Shown here one piece after another: positions 55,110-64,000 of a DNA stretch of 64,000 nucleotides (position 1 is its first letter; each line of letters starts with the position of its first letter). This DNA is from Nanobdellota archaeon. Its GTDB lineage: Archaea; Nanobdellota; Nanobdellia; Woesearchaeales; JBHPFW01. Under the pieces are notes generated by a model. The model did not search any database and was not told the DNA's origin. It saw only the letters and a list, made by a program, of their open reading frames with translations. A program made the translations under genes and the position numbers. Location: positions 25,589 to 89,588 of the forward strand of contig JBHPFW010000001.1 of assembly GCA_042571645.1 (NCBI GenBank), in the 5' to 3' direction.

Positions 55110-56582
55110 TTAATACACAAAATAATGTTCTGCTTTGAACTTTCTTGTGAAGTGATGGAAGTCATCTGCGTAAAGTTTTTCTGCTTCAGCCTTGCTTAGT
55201 TGAAGATCATGCATTTCATCTTTTGTTGGTTTTCTCCAGATAGTGCTACACTTTAAGCATTTATAATAAGAAGTTTTCTGTGCTTTACATTTTGGGCATA
55301 AATTAGGACCTCTGTTCCTAAGGAAAGTTCCCTTTGAGAACAAAGAAGTAAAAGGATCCAAGATAGAAGGTGATTTAATAACAGAATGTGTTTTTGTACT
55401 TAATGGTTTTTGAAATGATTCACCAGATTCCTCGAGATATTTTTGAAGATCATCTCCAAGTTCCTGCATTGCCGCGCTTACACTTTCATCAACTAATGCT
55501 AACATATCAAAATCATCCTGTCTCTTAAATCTTTTATACTCTGCAAGCTGTTCTGGTGTCCAAACATATGTTCTCACAGTCATTGTTGTTCTGCCCAAAT
55601 GATAAGGACCTTTTTGATATTCTTGATGATAACCCATCTCTGGCCTGGTTCTGTAGAAGAAATGAACATTCATACAAAAAAAGCATTTTCCATTATCCAC
55701 TGGTTTTCTTGCGAGAAGTTCTATCTCTATCATTGAACCTTCAAAAGCTGCAATTAGATGAGGGGATTTTGCTTTTGACATACTTGCATCATCCTGCATT
55801 ATAAGATGTCTTATATTGGTTAGATAAGGCTTAACCCAATCCATGTACATCTTAATTATGTCATAATGTTGTCTAAGATATTTTAGGGTAAATGTCCTCT
55901 TATTTGCCATCTCGTCTCTTGTAAATGCTTTCCATGTTAGGAATTGTTTGATTTTTCTTTTTAGAACACTTCTAACCTTAACATTAAAATCTGTTAGCTT
56001 ATCCACTGCAGCACTAACTGATTCATGAGTTAATGGGTGAACTGAAAAAAACAGATCTGGCAAAGCTGTAAATTCTATCTCTCTTGCCATACCATAAACA
56101 CTGCTTGGGTTTTTGGCACCTTGTTCAACCATATCAATCCAGTAACCCTTTAATGCTATTTCAGCTGCTTCTGAACCTTCTGCTGCAGATTTATACAAAT
56201 GCGCTCTTTCATCAAGCATCCTCAATTCCCTTACTAACTGGAACATCTCCTTGACCATTTTGCCAATAGTTGCTAGAAATTGAGAAGCCTTATCTTGTTG
56301 CAGACCTAATTTCTGCTCAGAAGCACCAAAAAAACTTGAGAATTCTGAGGCTGCAAAAACATCTGATATCTTTTCTATTATGGGATAATGTACTAGCTCT
56401 TGAAGATTGGTAACAGCCCAGTAATAGATCTCTTCAATTGATTCCTTAAAGACCTCATTAACTAATCTAGCTCTTCCCAGAGGCATTGGCCAGTTCGTCT
56501 TCTTAAATACTCTAAATGCCTCTTCTGCATATTCTTCCTTAAACTTTTCATGTGCAGGTCCAAATTCTGTTATTTTAGCCAA
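55110..56582 (-). CDS. Orphan protein (490 aa) with C-terminal CPxC...CxxC zinc ribbon
   Basis: CPKCKAQKTSYYKCLKCS near the C-terminus. TTG start directly after an in-frame TAA, with GAGGT 6 nt upstream. Confidence 0.6.
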   Translation of the reverse strand: MAKITEFGPAHEKFKEEYAEEAFRVFKKTNWPMPLGRARLVNEVFKESIEEIYYWAVTNLQELVHYPIIEKISDVFAASEFSSFFGASEQKLGLQQDKASQFLATIGKMVKEMFQLVRELRMLDERAHLYKSAAEGSEAAEIALKGYWIDMVEQGAKNPSSVYGMAREIEFTALPDLFFSVHPLTHESVSAAVDKLTDFNVKVRSVLKRKIKQFLTWKAFTRDEMANKRTFTLKYLRQHYDIIKMYMDWVKPYLTNIRHLIMQDDASMSKAKSPHLIAAFEGSMIEIELLARKPVDNGKCFFCMNVHFFYRTRPEMGYHQEYQKGPYHLGRTTMTVRTYVWTPEQLAEYKRFKRQDDFDMLALVDESVSAAMQELGDDLQKYLEESGESFQKPLSTKTHSVIKSPSILDPFTSLFSKGTFLRNRGPNLCPKCKAQKTSYYKCLKCSTIWRKPTKDEMHDLQLSKAEAEKLYADDFHHFTRKFKAEHYFVY

Positions 56583-56732
56583 TTTATACCTCTTTTAATG
56601 CTTTTAATAGACTCTAACCTATCTAGATCCCTTTTTTGTTATCTTTATTTAAAAAAATTGTGGAGAAAAACGCATTAAAACAGGCAAAACACCAAGACAA
56701 TATTTTTAAATCATCATACAACTGTTCTAGCC

Positions 56733-58661
56733 ATGAAATACCTATACTTAGTCAATGTATATCAAAGGCTTGATTCCACAACAAAACGCCTTGAGAAAAC
56801 ACATTATATCTCAAAGCTTCTCCAAGAGACTGAAATAGAGGACCTCCCCCAAATCACACAATTACTGCAAGGCAGAGTATTTCCTCCATGGGATGATCGC
56901 AAAATAGGAGTAGCAGCAAAATTAGTGTTAAAAGCAATTAATGTTGCTTCAGGTATTGATGCCAAAAAAATAGAAAACGAATGGAAAAAAACTGGTGATC
57001 TAGGAATAGCTGCTGAAAATTTGATTGGCAAAAAAAAGCAAGCGACATTATTTTCTCAAAATTTAACAGTAAACAAAGTTTTTTCTAATCTCCAAAAACT
57101 TGCCAGCTTAGAAGGCATTGGCAGTGTTGATAGAAAGATTAAATTAATAGCAGAGCTTCTCACAAGTTCTCAAGCACAGGAAGCTAAGTATATTGTTAGA
57201 ACTGTTCTGGAAGAATTAAGAGTTGGTGTAGCAGATGGCAGTTTGAGAGATGCAATTGCCTGGGCTTACCTGCCTAAAGTTTCCGGGATCTTCTTCAGAT
57301 GCAAATGTGGGGAACTTAATCCTGCAAATAAAATTTGCTTGAAATGCGGAGAAGAATTGAATAAAAAATATAATGCTGAGATAAAGACAATTAAAGAAGA
57401 CAAAGCTTTCAAAGAAAATGAAATTCTAGAAGTTAATGATGTTAGTGAGATAAAAGAACTTAAAGGGATAAAAATAATTATTTCTAAAGACGAGAAATCT
57501 GCCAGAGAAATTTATAATTATTTAGTTAATCTTGTCCAGGAAGCATATGATGTTGTTAATGATTTTGGAGAAATTGCTAGAATCGCAAAAACAGAGGGAA
57601 GAGGTGGCTTGTTAGGTGTGGAATTAGAAACACTAAAGCCAATAAAAGTAATGCTTTACCAAAAAGCCAAAGGCATAGCTGATGCTTTTGAGACAGTAGG
57701 CAAACCAGCTGCTTTTGAGTACAAGTATGATGGGTTTAGATTACAAATTCACAAGAAAGGAGATGAGATAAAACTGTATACTAGAAGTCTCGAGGATGTT
57801 ACTGCACAATTCCCTGATGTTGTTGATGCAATAAAATCTCACACAAAATCTAATAACTTTATTCTTGATGCAGAAGCTATTGGTGTTGATCCAAAAACTG
57901 GTAAGTACAAACCATTCCAACAAATCTCTCAAAGAATTAAAAGAAAATACGACATTGATAAACTTGCAAAAGAAGTTCCTATTATTGTTAATGTTTTTGA
58001 TGCTATTGAAATTGACGGGAAAAATCTTATAAAAACTCCTCTTAAAGAAAGAAGAGAAAAATTTTGCAGTATTATTGAAGCAACTGATATTTTTAGGCCA
58101 GCAGAACAACTTGTTACAGATGATGAAGAAAAAGCTCAAGAATTTTATGAAAAAGCCCTTAAGTTAGGAAATGAAGGAGTAATGGCAAAAAATCTTGATT
58201 CGCCTTACAAACCTGGTTCGAGAGTTGGACATGGAGTTAAAGTTAAACCAGTAATGGAAACTCTTGATTGTGTTATAGTTGGAGCAGAATGGGGTGAAGG
58301 CAAACGTTCTCAATGGCTTAGCAGTTTTACTATTGCTGTAGTTGATGAAGATACTGGAGAATTTGTTGAGATTGGCAAGGTAGGCACAGGCATTAAAGAA
58401 CTTGAAGAATCTGGCGGTGTGACTTTCCAACAAATGACTGACACATTAAAACCATTAATCATCACAGAAAAAGGCAAAGAAGTTTCTGTTCACCCAAAAA
58501 TAGTTGTTGAAATAAATTACGAAGAAATCCAAAAATCCCCAACTTATTCATCAGGTTATGCATTAAGATTCCCAAGAGTTGTTAATTTAAGAACTGATAA
58601 GCCTGCTGATGAAGCAAGCAGTGTTGGAATGGTTGAAGATTTATATCATGGTCAGAAATAG
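56733..58661 (+). CDS. lig: ATP-dependent DNA ligase with zinc-ribbon-containing insertion in the DNA-binding domain
   Basis: Motif I EYKYDGFRLQIHK, LDAEAIG, EGVMAK, VKVK. Insertion RCKCGELNPANKICLKCGEEL plus about 60 aa between the LRVGV...DAIAWAY and EAYDVVNDFGEIA segments. Confidence 0.92.
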   Translation: MKYLYLVNVYQRLDSTTKRLEKTHYISKLLQETEIEDLPQITQLLQGRVFPPWDDRKIGVAAKLVLKAINVASGIDAKKIENEWKKTGDLGIAAENLIGKKKQATLFSQNLTVNKVFSNLQKLASLEGIGSVDRKIKLIAELLTSSQAQEAKYIVRTVLEELRVGVADGSLRDAIAWAYLPKVSGIFFRCKCGELNPANKICLKCGEELNKKYNAEIKTIKEDKAFKENEILEVNDVSEIKELKGIKIIISKDEKSAREIYNYLVNLVQEAYDVVNDFGEIARIAKTEGRGGLLGVELETLKPIKVMLYQKAKGIADAFETVGKPAAFEYKYDGFRLQIHKKGDEIKLYTRSLEDVTAQFPDVVDAIKSHTKSNNFILDAEAIGVDPKTGKYKPFQQISQRIKRKYDIDKLAKEVPIIVNVFDAIEIDGKNLIKTPLKERREKFCSIIEATDIFRPAEQLVTDDEEKAQEFYEKALKLGNEGVMAKNLDSPYKPGSRVGHGVKVKPVMETLDCVIVGAEWGEGKRSQWLSSFTIAVVDEDTGEFVEIGKVGTGIKELEESGGVTFQQMTDTLKPLIITEKGKEVSVHPKIVVEINYEEIQKSPTYSSGYALRFPRVVNLRTDKPADEASSVGMVEDLYHGQK

Positions 58662-58664
58662 ATT

Positions 58665-59357
58665 TCAAGGGAATGGTATTTCTTCGCTTAATCCCTTCCT
58701 TGAACTTCTTTTTTTAGTTTTATAGTTAAACTCCATGACAACTGTATGGAATTTATCAACTGGAACGTGTCCACTATACTCGATAAAATCAGCCTCCTTC
58801 CAATAACGATATGTGAATCTCCCTATCTGCTTATTATCCCAGAAAAGCCAACTTCTTTCAGTGAATGTGCCAGAAGACCGTATACCGCTCTCGTGCTTTA
58901 TCTTCCATTCTCCCCCAAATTGTTTAAGATAATTGAAGAAGTTAGGAAACGCCTTTAGAGTATAATTATTGTGCAAAACTGGAGGCACCATTTTGTCCCC
59001 AATCATTCTCAGTTCACTTGGTGTTATCAACCGTTTATCGATTTCTGCTATCAGTTTCTTTAAGTCATCACTGACTTCTTTAAACCATATCTCAACATTA
59101 TCAATATCTTTATGCTTGATTAGTTCATCCAGAAGTTCTATTAATCTTTCCGCTTCTTTTTCTCCTTTAACTTGGCCGAGTCTTTCTTTTAGCCAGGGTA
59201 TGAGTTCTATGACATCATGCTCTACTTTTTTAATCTCATCTAATGATTCATTAAGCCATATTTTACCTAAATCAATCTTGGCATTGTCATGCAGAACTCT
59301 AATAAGTCTTTTCCAGTGATATAATATGTCTTTTTCAACATCTGTTATATCTCTCAT
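58665..59357 (-). CDS. Hypothetical protein
   Basis: ORF with coding-like composition. The internal ATG at 59357 (MRDITDVEKD) avoids overlap with the divergent PIN gene. No family recognised. Confidence 0.5.
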   Translation of the reverse strand: MRDITDVEKDILYHWKRLIRVLHDNAKIDLGKIWLNESLDEIKKVEHDVIELIPWLKERLGQVKGEKEAERLIELLDELIKHKDIDNVEIWFKEVSDDLKKLIAEIDKRLITPSELRMIGDKMVPPVLHNNYTLKAFPNFFNYLKQFGGEWKIKHESGIRSSGTFTERSWLFWDNKQIGRFTYRYWKEADFIEYSGHVPVDKFHTVVMEFNYKTKKRSSRKGLSEEIPFP

Positions 59358-59430
59358 GACAAATAAAGAAGCGGGTTTATTTTTAAAGTAATCGGAAACA
59401 TTTATATTTAAACATAGTTTAAACAAAGCA

Positions 59431-59913
59431 ATGAAAGAATTATTTACTGCTTTACAACACAAATTCATGAACGAAGTAAAAAAGAAACCCTTCTTTGACA
59501 CTTGCTTTTTCTTTTATATGTTTGAACACAAAAAAGAATTAGAGCGTGCAGAGAAAATGAAAGAGATTTACTTAACAAGTTTTAATGTTCAGGAAATTCT
59601 TTACAAAGAAGATAATGTTGGACATAATATCAAGCATGAAATAAGGAAATTCCTAAAAGACAATAAAGACAAAATCAAAGTTGTTGATGTTGATGTTTTC
59701 CCAGGAAATGTAGAGAGGGAAAAAGAATTTGTTAATAATATTGATGAAAACATTCTAAAACACATTGAAGATGCTTCTGATGCAGTTTTACTGGCAATTG
59801 CTATTAAGACAGAAAGCACTATCTACACAAGAGACAAACACCATTTGTTTAATGCAGATTTAGAGAATTATGTAAATGAAAAAGGTGTTAAGGTTCTGAA
59901 TACAATTGAATAA
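59431..59913 (+). CDS. PIN-domain (VapC-like) protein, no obvious cognate antitoxin
   Basis: Acidic residues in PIN-like spacing: FFDTCFF, NVQEIL, EDASDAVLLAIAI, IYTRDKH. Confidence 0.6.
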   Translation: MKELFTALQHKFMNEVKKKPFFDTCFFFYMFEHKKELERAEKMKEIYLTSFNVQEILYKEDNVGHNIKHEIRKFLKDNKDKIKVVDVDVFPGNVEREKEFVNNIDENILKHIEDASDAVLLAIAIKTESTIYTRDKHHLFNADLENYVNEKGVKVLNTIE

Positions 59914-59937
59914 ATATATTTGAAAGGAAATAATAAA

Positions 59938-60177
59938 ATGACTAAAAAATCTTGGGGTTGGGGTGCTGCTTCACTAATAACCGCGGCAATCGATATTCCG
60001 TTATTCTGGTTTCCTTTTGTTGGATCCTTACTAGCGATTGTGGCAATTATTCTTGGAATAATAGCAATAGCTAAAAAAAGTGGAAAAACAATGGGTATTG
60101 CAGGATTAGTTCTTGGAATATTATTGCTAATAGTCTCTTTGATAATGTTATTGATTATATCAAGAAGATATTTTTAA
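59938..60177 (+). CDS. Small two-TM membrane protein
   Basis: 79 aa from the ATG at 59938, with two hydrophobic helices. Confidence 0.5.
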   Translation: MTKKSWGWGAASLITAAIDIPLFWFPFVGSLLAIVAIILGIIAIAKKSGKTMGIAGLVLGILLLIVSLIMLLIISRRYF

Positions 60178-60195
60178 TATATGAATTAAAATAAA

Positions 60196-60338
60196 CGCCC
60201 GCGCGAGGAATTCCACAACCACACATTTGTATGATTCTCTTGAACCCCGGTTTCAGCCTTTTTACTTCTAAAAGAACCGCAAGGCTGTGTACTTTATGGC
60301 GATCAACTAAATGATCAAATCCACTATACTACGCGGGC
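60196..60338 (-). tRNA. tRNA-Arg(GCG) with three introns (D loop about 24 nt, canonical 37/38 17 nt, T loop 29 nt)
   Basis: Minus strand: acceptor GCCCGCG/CGCGGGC, D arm GTAT..GTAC, anticodon stem CAGCC/GGCTG with loop TTGCGG|17 nt|A, T stem CGGGG/CCTCG with loop TTCAA|29 nt|TT, discriminator G. 143 nt = 73 + about 70. Confidence 0.8.
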
Positions 60339-60373
60339 ATTTAAGAAGAGAAATTGTAAGGTGTTTTTTAAAC

Positions 60374-61027
60374 TTATTGCTTAATTGCTATAGTGCTAGG
60401 AGCCTTTCTCCCAACACAAGGACCATCTCTTACCTCAAAACTAGCACTTTCTAAATTCTTTCTAACACTACCAGCACAACTATAAGTAGTCAATATCCCG
60501 CCTTTCCTAACCAAAGCAGAAATATCCTTGAAAAACTCTTCTGTCCATAACTCAGGACATTTTTTTGGGGAAAAAGAATCTAAAAATACACAATCAAACT
60601 CAGATTCTGCAATATTTTGGATTGTCTCGCGAGCATCTCCGAGTAATAATGTTATTTCAATATTATCTTGATTATAATTATGATAATTCGCAGCATCTCT
60701 GATTATCTCATAACAATCAAACTCAGGATTAACTTCATTTGTTTTCTTTAATATTTCATCATCACTCTCAAGAGCAAATATTATTATCTTACAATCCGCA
60801 CTATATTTTCTTATCTCATCAATTGCTGCTGCAGAATTATATCCTAACCCGAAACAAACATCCAATATCTTAATCATTTTCTGCTTAGCAACTAATTCCT
60901 TGAAATTACTTGGCTCGGCAAACTTCTTAACAGCTTCTTCTTTAGCTCCAGAAGTGGAATGATAAGTCTCATCATACTCCTCATTATGGAATGTTATTGA
61001 GCCGTCTTTAGTTGTTACTTCTTTCAT
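60374..61027 (-). CDS. MnmC-type (DUF752) SAM-dependent tRNA methyltransferase-like protein
   Basis: ETYHSTSGA, ILDVCFGLGYN, LLLGDARE, FLDSFSPKKCPELWTEEFF. The ATG at 61027 is preferred. Confidence 0.75.
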   Translation of the reverse strand: MKEVTTKDGSITFHNEEYDETYHSTSGAKEEAVKKFAEPSNFKELVAKQKMIKILDVCFGLGYNSAAAIDEIRKYSADCKIIIFALESDDEILKKTNEVNPEFDCYEIIRDAANYHNYNQDNIEITLLLGDARETIQNIAESEFDCVFLDSFSPKKCPELWTEEFFKDISALVRKGGILTTYSCAGSVRKNLESASFEVRDGPCVGRKAPSTIAIKQ

Positions 61028-61064
61028 ATTTGCTAGAAACCTGTATAGATTTATAAAAATATTT

Positions 61065-62192
61065 TTATTCTGGAATTTTAGGACCCTCATAAAAATAATT
61101 GATGTGAAACTGACAATCGACACAGCCACTTATAGCCCCAATCGCGTGAGATAAGACTATGCCAAGAAATTCTTCACGTTCTGCATTCAAAAGTCCTTCC
61201 TCATCAAGTTTTTTCTTAAACTTGTTTAATTCTTCATATGAAGCCAATGCTTCATCTGCCTTAAAATCTCCCCTACGAGGTCTTTTTATTTCTTCATTCG
61301 GAAGTTTAATAAGTTCTTTTACTGAAACATCATTCCTCGTAGCATAAGCAGTCAATATATCATCACTCAATCTATCAATTTGCGTTTGAGCTAAAGCCAT
61401 ACTTTTTCCCAACAATATTTGCCTATCTGTTTCAGAGCTAAGGAGTCTATCTACTTCCTCTTCAACTGAATCAGATTCAGTTATGCCAGAAGAATCATCT
61501 ATTTCTGGTTTGGCTAATCCTTCTTCTGATAAGTCATTAGAATCAGAAGATTTGACATCCGATCCCTCCATTAACCAACCCATACCAAAATAAAGAATAA
61601 CACCCGCTACAATAAAAGCAATAATAGTTAACTCCGCAGATTTCCCCAATACATCTCGAGCTTTTAGAGGACCATCATGTGATGCACTTAAATGAGTATA
61701 ACGACCAGATTTTTTAAGATGACTTTCAACTTTTTTTATTATCTTTTCAAGACTAATTATTTTACTATTTAATGCTTTTTCTTTTTCCAATAAGCCATCA
61801 TATTCCTTTGTTCTTTCAGGATGTTTTAATCTTTCTCTCTCTAAATCAAGTCTTTCATCAAATAAAAAAGTCATTTTTTGTAAAACATTCTTCATAACCT
61901 TAAATGGCTTAGATGTAATTATAGTTCCATGTTCTGAAGAAATTTCATTTTGTTTAAGAAATATTTCAACTAATTTTAAACATTCATCATCTGCTTTCTC
62001 AGCAAAATCAGCATAATGAATTAACTCTTCAGATTTTTTTATCTCTTCTTTTAATTTTTCTAATCTTTTTGGCCAATTATGCTTTTTTTCAGATTTAACC
62101 TCTGCAAGAAATGCCTCTTGATGATCCTGCTCATATTTAATTATTTTTTTAGATAATTTTACTAATTTTTTGTTCGAAGATGTATAAGCCAT
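61065..62192 (-). CDS. Coiled-coil protein with single TM segment
   Basis: 375 aa, K/E-rich heptad-like N-terminal half, TM (LTIIAFIVAGVILYFGMGWL), C-terminal C..C..H patch. Confidence 0.55.
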   Translation of the reverse strand: MAYTSSNKKLVKLSKKIIKYEQDHQEAFLAEVKSEKKHNWPKRLEKLKEEIKKSEELIHYADFAEKADDECLKLVEIFLKQNEISSEHGTIITSKPFKVMKNVLQKMTFLFDERLDLERERLKHPERTKEYDGLLEKEKALNSKIISLEKIIKKVESHLKKSGRYTHLSASHDGPLKARDVLGKSAELTIIAFIVAGVILYFGMGWLMEGSDVKSSDSNDLSEEGLAKPEIDDSSGITESDSVEEEVDRLLSSETDRQILLGKSMALAQTQIDRLSDDILTAYATRNDVSVKELIKLPNEEIKRPRRGDFKADEALASYEELNKFKKKLDEEGLLNAEREEFLGIVLSHAIGAISGCVDCQFHINYFYEGPKIPE

Positions 62193-62288
62193 AAAATATG
62201 TCTGGAGTCTTTATTTTATAAATTTTATTAACTTAAGCAGCTAGAAAATCATATATCTTTATAAACCTAACCTATTCCCCCCAATAAT

Positions 62289-63008
62289 ATGTTAGAAAGA
62301 GTCCAAAAAATCATAGCAAACTCAGATTATTGCTCTAGAAGAAAGGCTGAAGAATTAATCAAATCTGGAAAAGTTGTAGTGAATGATGAATTCATCACAA
62401 TAGGCGATAAAGCTGATCCTGAAAAAGATACAATTTATGTTGAAGGAAATGAGCTTAACACAAAAATAAAGAAACTCTACATTTTATTCTACAAGCCCCA
62501 GAATTGTGTGACTACTTTATCAGATCCACAAGGAAGAAGGACTATTTTCCATTATATAAACATTAAGGAAAGAGTAATACCTGTTGGAAGGCTGGATGTT
62601 AAATCAGAAGGGATATTATTATTAACAAACGACGGTGATTTTGCCAACAGTGTAATGCACCCAAGATATGAAGTTACTAAAACTTATGAAGTAGAAGTTA
62701 GTGAAAATATAAACAAAAAAGATTTAGCTCACATCACACAAGGAGTTCAAGTTAGTGATAAAAAAGGGAAATTCAGAACACGACCAGCAAAAGCGAGGTT
62801 TATCAAAGGCAAAAAGAATGCAGCAGAAATCATAATTCACGAAGGTAAAAATCAAATAATCAAAAGAATGATGAAAGCATTGGGATATTCTACAACTAAA
62901 TTAAAAAGAACAAAGATAGGAAACTTGACCTTAGGAAATCTTAAGCTTGGAGAACATAGGGATTTAACAAAAGAAGAAATAAGACAATTAACTAAATCCA
63001 CTTCTTAA
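62289..63008 (+). CDS. RsuA/RluB-family pseudouridine synthase with S4 domain
   Basis: S4 N-terminus (RVQKIIANSDYCSRRKAEELIKSGKVVVN), catalytic GRLDVKSEGILLLTNDG. Confidence 0.85.
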   Translation: MLERVQKIIANSDYCSRRKAEELIKSGKVVVNDEFITIGDKADPEKDTIYVEGNELNTKIKKLYILFYKPQNCVTTLSDPQGRRTIFHYINIKERVIPVGRLDVKSEGILLLTNDGDFANSVMHPRYEVTKTYEVEVSENINKKDLAHITQGVQVSDKKGKFRTRPAKARFIKGKKNAAEIIIHEGKNQIIKRMMKALGYSTTKLKRTKIGNLTLGNLKLGEHRDLTKEEIRQLTKSTS

Positions 63009-63945
63009 TTCTAAACACTATCAACATAAACACTCCTAGACCAAACATAAAGGCTATTACTCCCCAAAACCCCCAAGTTTCTTTAGCACCGGGAAGATTA
63101 AGAAAATTCATTCCATAAATTCCTGTAATGAATGTCAATGGCAGCATTATTGTTGCAATAATACTCAGCATCTTCATGACTTCATTCATTTTATTTGACA
63201 AAGAAGACATATGCGCATCAAATGTCCCAAGAATTGCTTCACGATAATTCTCAATCTTATCTGAAACCCTGACTGAATGATCATAAGCATCTCTGAAATA
63301 TGCCAGAGATTCTTTGCTGATTATCGCATAATGCCCTCTGGCCAGCAGTGCAAGTTTGTCCTGTTGAGCAATTGCTATTCTTTTTATGCCAAGAATTTTT
63401 CTTTTTAGCTCTAATAATTTATTCAGATGTTCTTGTTCAGGATTTTCAGTTATATCTTCTTCTAATCTATCTATCTTCTCATCTACTTTCTCAAGAACAG
63501 GATAGTAATTCTCTAATTCAGAATCAATCAAATCATGCAGTAAAAAATCAGGGCCTTTTTTCATTAAATGCCTTAGACGTTCTTCATGCATCTCTATCTT
63601 TTGGAACATTTCAGAATCAGACAAATGGCTGCTTATAAGAAAATTCTTACCCAGAACAAAATCAATCTCATTTAACTCAACTTCCCTATGTTTCATTATA
63701 CCATAAAGAACAATGTAAAGGTAATGTTTGAATTCCTCAACCTTAACTCTTGATTTTCTTGTATGAAGATCCTCAACAGTCAATGGATGCAAACCAAAGA
63801 TATCTCTTATAGCTTCTAGCTCATCCAGGCTCGGATTAATCATATCTACCCAAATAGTCTTATTATGCTTATTTAGAGCTTTTAGAGTTTTCCTGCTAAA
63901 ATCGACTTTCTCTACTTTTCTATTTAGATAGAATACCTGTATCAT
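62992..63945 (-). CDS. corA: Magnesium/cobalt transporter CorA
   Basis: YGMNF signature before the last TM, two C-terminal TMs. Confidence 0.9.
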   Translation of the reverse strand: MIQVFYLNRKVEKVDFSRKTLKALNKHNKTIWVDMINPSLDELEAIRDIFGLHPLTVEDLHTRKSRVKVEEFKHYLYIVLYGIMKHREVELNEIDFVLGKNFLISSHLSDSEMFQKIEMHEERLRHLMKKGPDFLLHDLIDSELENYYPVLEKVDEKIDRLEEDITENPEQEHLNKLLELKRKILGIKRIAIAQQDKLALLARGHYAIISKESLAYFRDAYDHSVRVSDKIENYREAILGTFDAHMSSLSNKMNEVMKMLSIIATIMLPLTFITGIYGMNFLNLPGAKETWGFWGVIAFMFGLGVFMLIVFRIKKWI

Positions 63946-64000
63946 TTAGCACCTCTTTCTCATTAAATTAAGAGTGATTATTTAAAAAGTTTCTCTGAAA

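Noticed and set aside
1-64000. CRISPR arrays, cas genes, transposases, integrases, prophage or rRNA genes
   Set aside because: No regularly spaced direct repeats were seen, and no DDE, tyrosine- or serine-recombinase or Cas motifs appear in any ORF. The only repeats are the two small intergenic families described. No rRNA-like conserved stretches were found.

Overview
AT-rich (roughly one-third GC by eye), densely coded archaeal chromosomal segment with about 65 CDS and 2 tRNA genes. No rRNA, CRISPR array, transposase or integrase was seen. The archaeal origin is well supported by: eS17, Alba, NucS/EndoMS, RpoK, the conserved exosome superoperon (Pop5-PsmA-SBDS-Rrp4-Rrp41-Rrp42-RpoK-DUF357, 31.7-36.6 kb, minus strand), archaeal-type ProRS, ApgM, an ATP-dependent DNA ligase, and tRNAs with bulge-helix-bulge introns. 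The many orphan genes and compact spacing suggest an uncultivated lineage; DPANN-like is only a guess. Housekeeping content: SRP54 (5' truncated), TrxB/Trx, Mdh, ThrC/ThrB, ProC-ProA and ProB-ProS, GdhA, CorA. The ORF track starts at the longest ORF and renders GTG/TTG as M, so several starts were moved to internal ATG or SD-supported codons. Most interesting items: (1) a five-gene minus-strand operon (20.5-24.7 kb) wedged between proA and proB, encoding a UbiU-like U32 protein, a SAM-methyltransferase::UbiV-like fusion, an atypical kinase-fold protein and two small orphans; this is a candidate O2-independent hydroxylation/methylation module of unknown substrate. (2) A 1529-aa fusion of two HgdC/BcrAD-type ATPase modules with DUF2229/HgdB-like domains (37.2-41.8 kb), flanked by three copies of a promoter-like repeat, one of them split by a 51-nt palindromic insert. 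(3) Two 143-nt tRNA-Arg genes carrying two and three introns. One of them reads as an opal-suppressor UCA anticodon if spliced at the canonical site, but UCG under the best BHB fold. (4) Three GC-rich structured non-coding islands (966-1068, 45337-45455, 46832-47025) that I could not assign to a known RNA family. (5) Three orphan soluble histidine-kinase-like ATPases with no receiver partner in the window. (6) An HTH-nucleotidyltransferase / mini-TM / 859-aa orphan operon. All family assignments come from motif recognition by eye and need profile searches.
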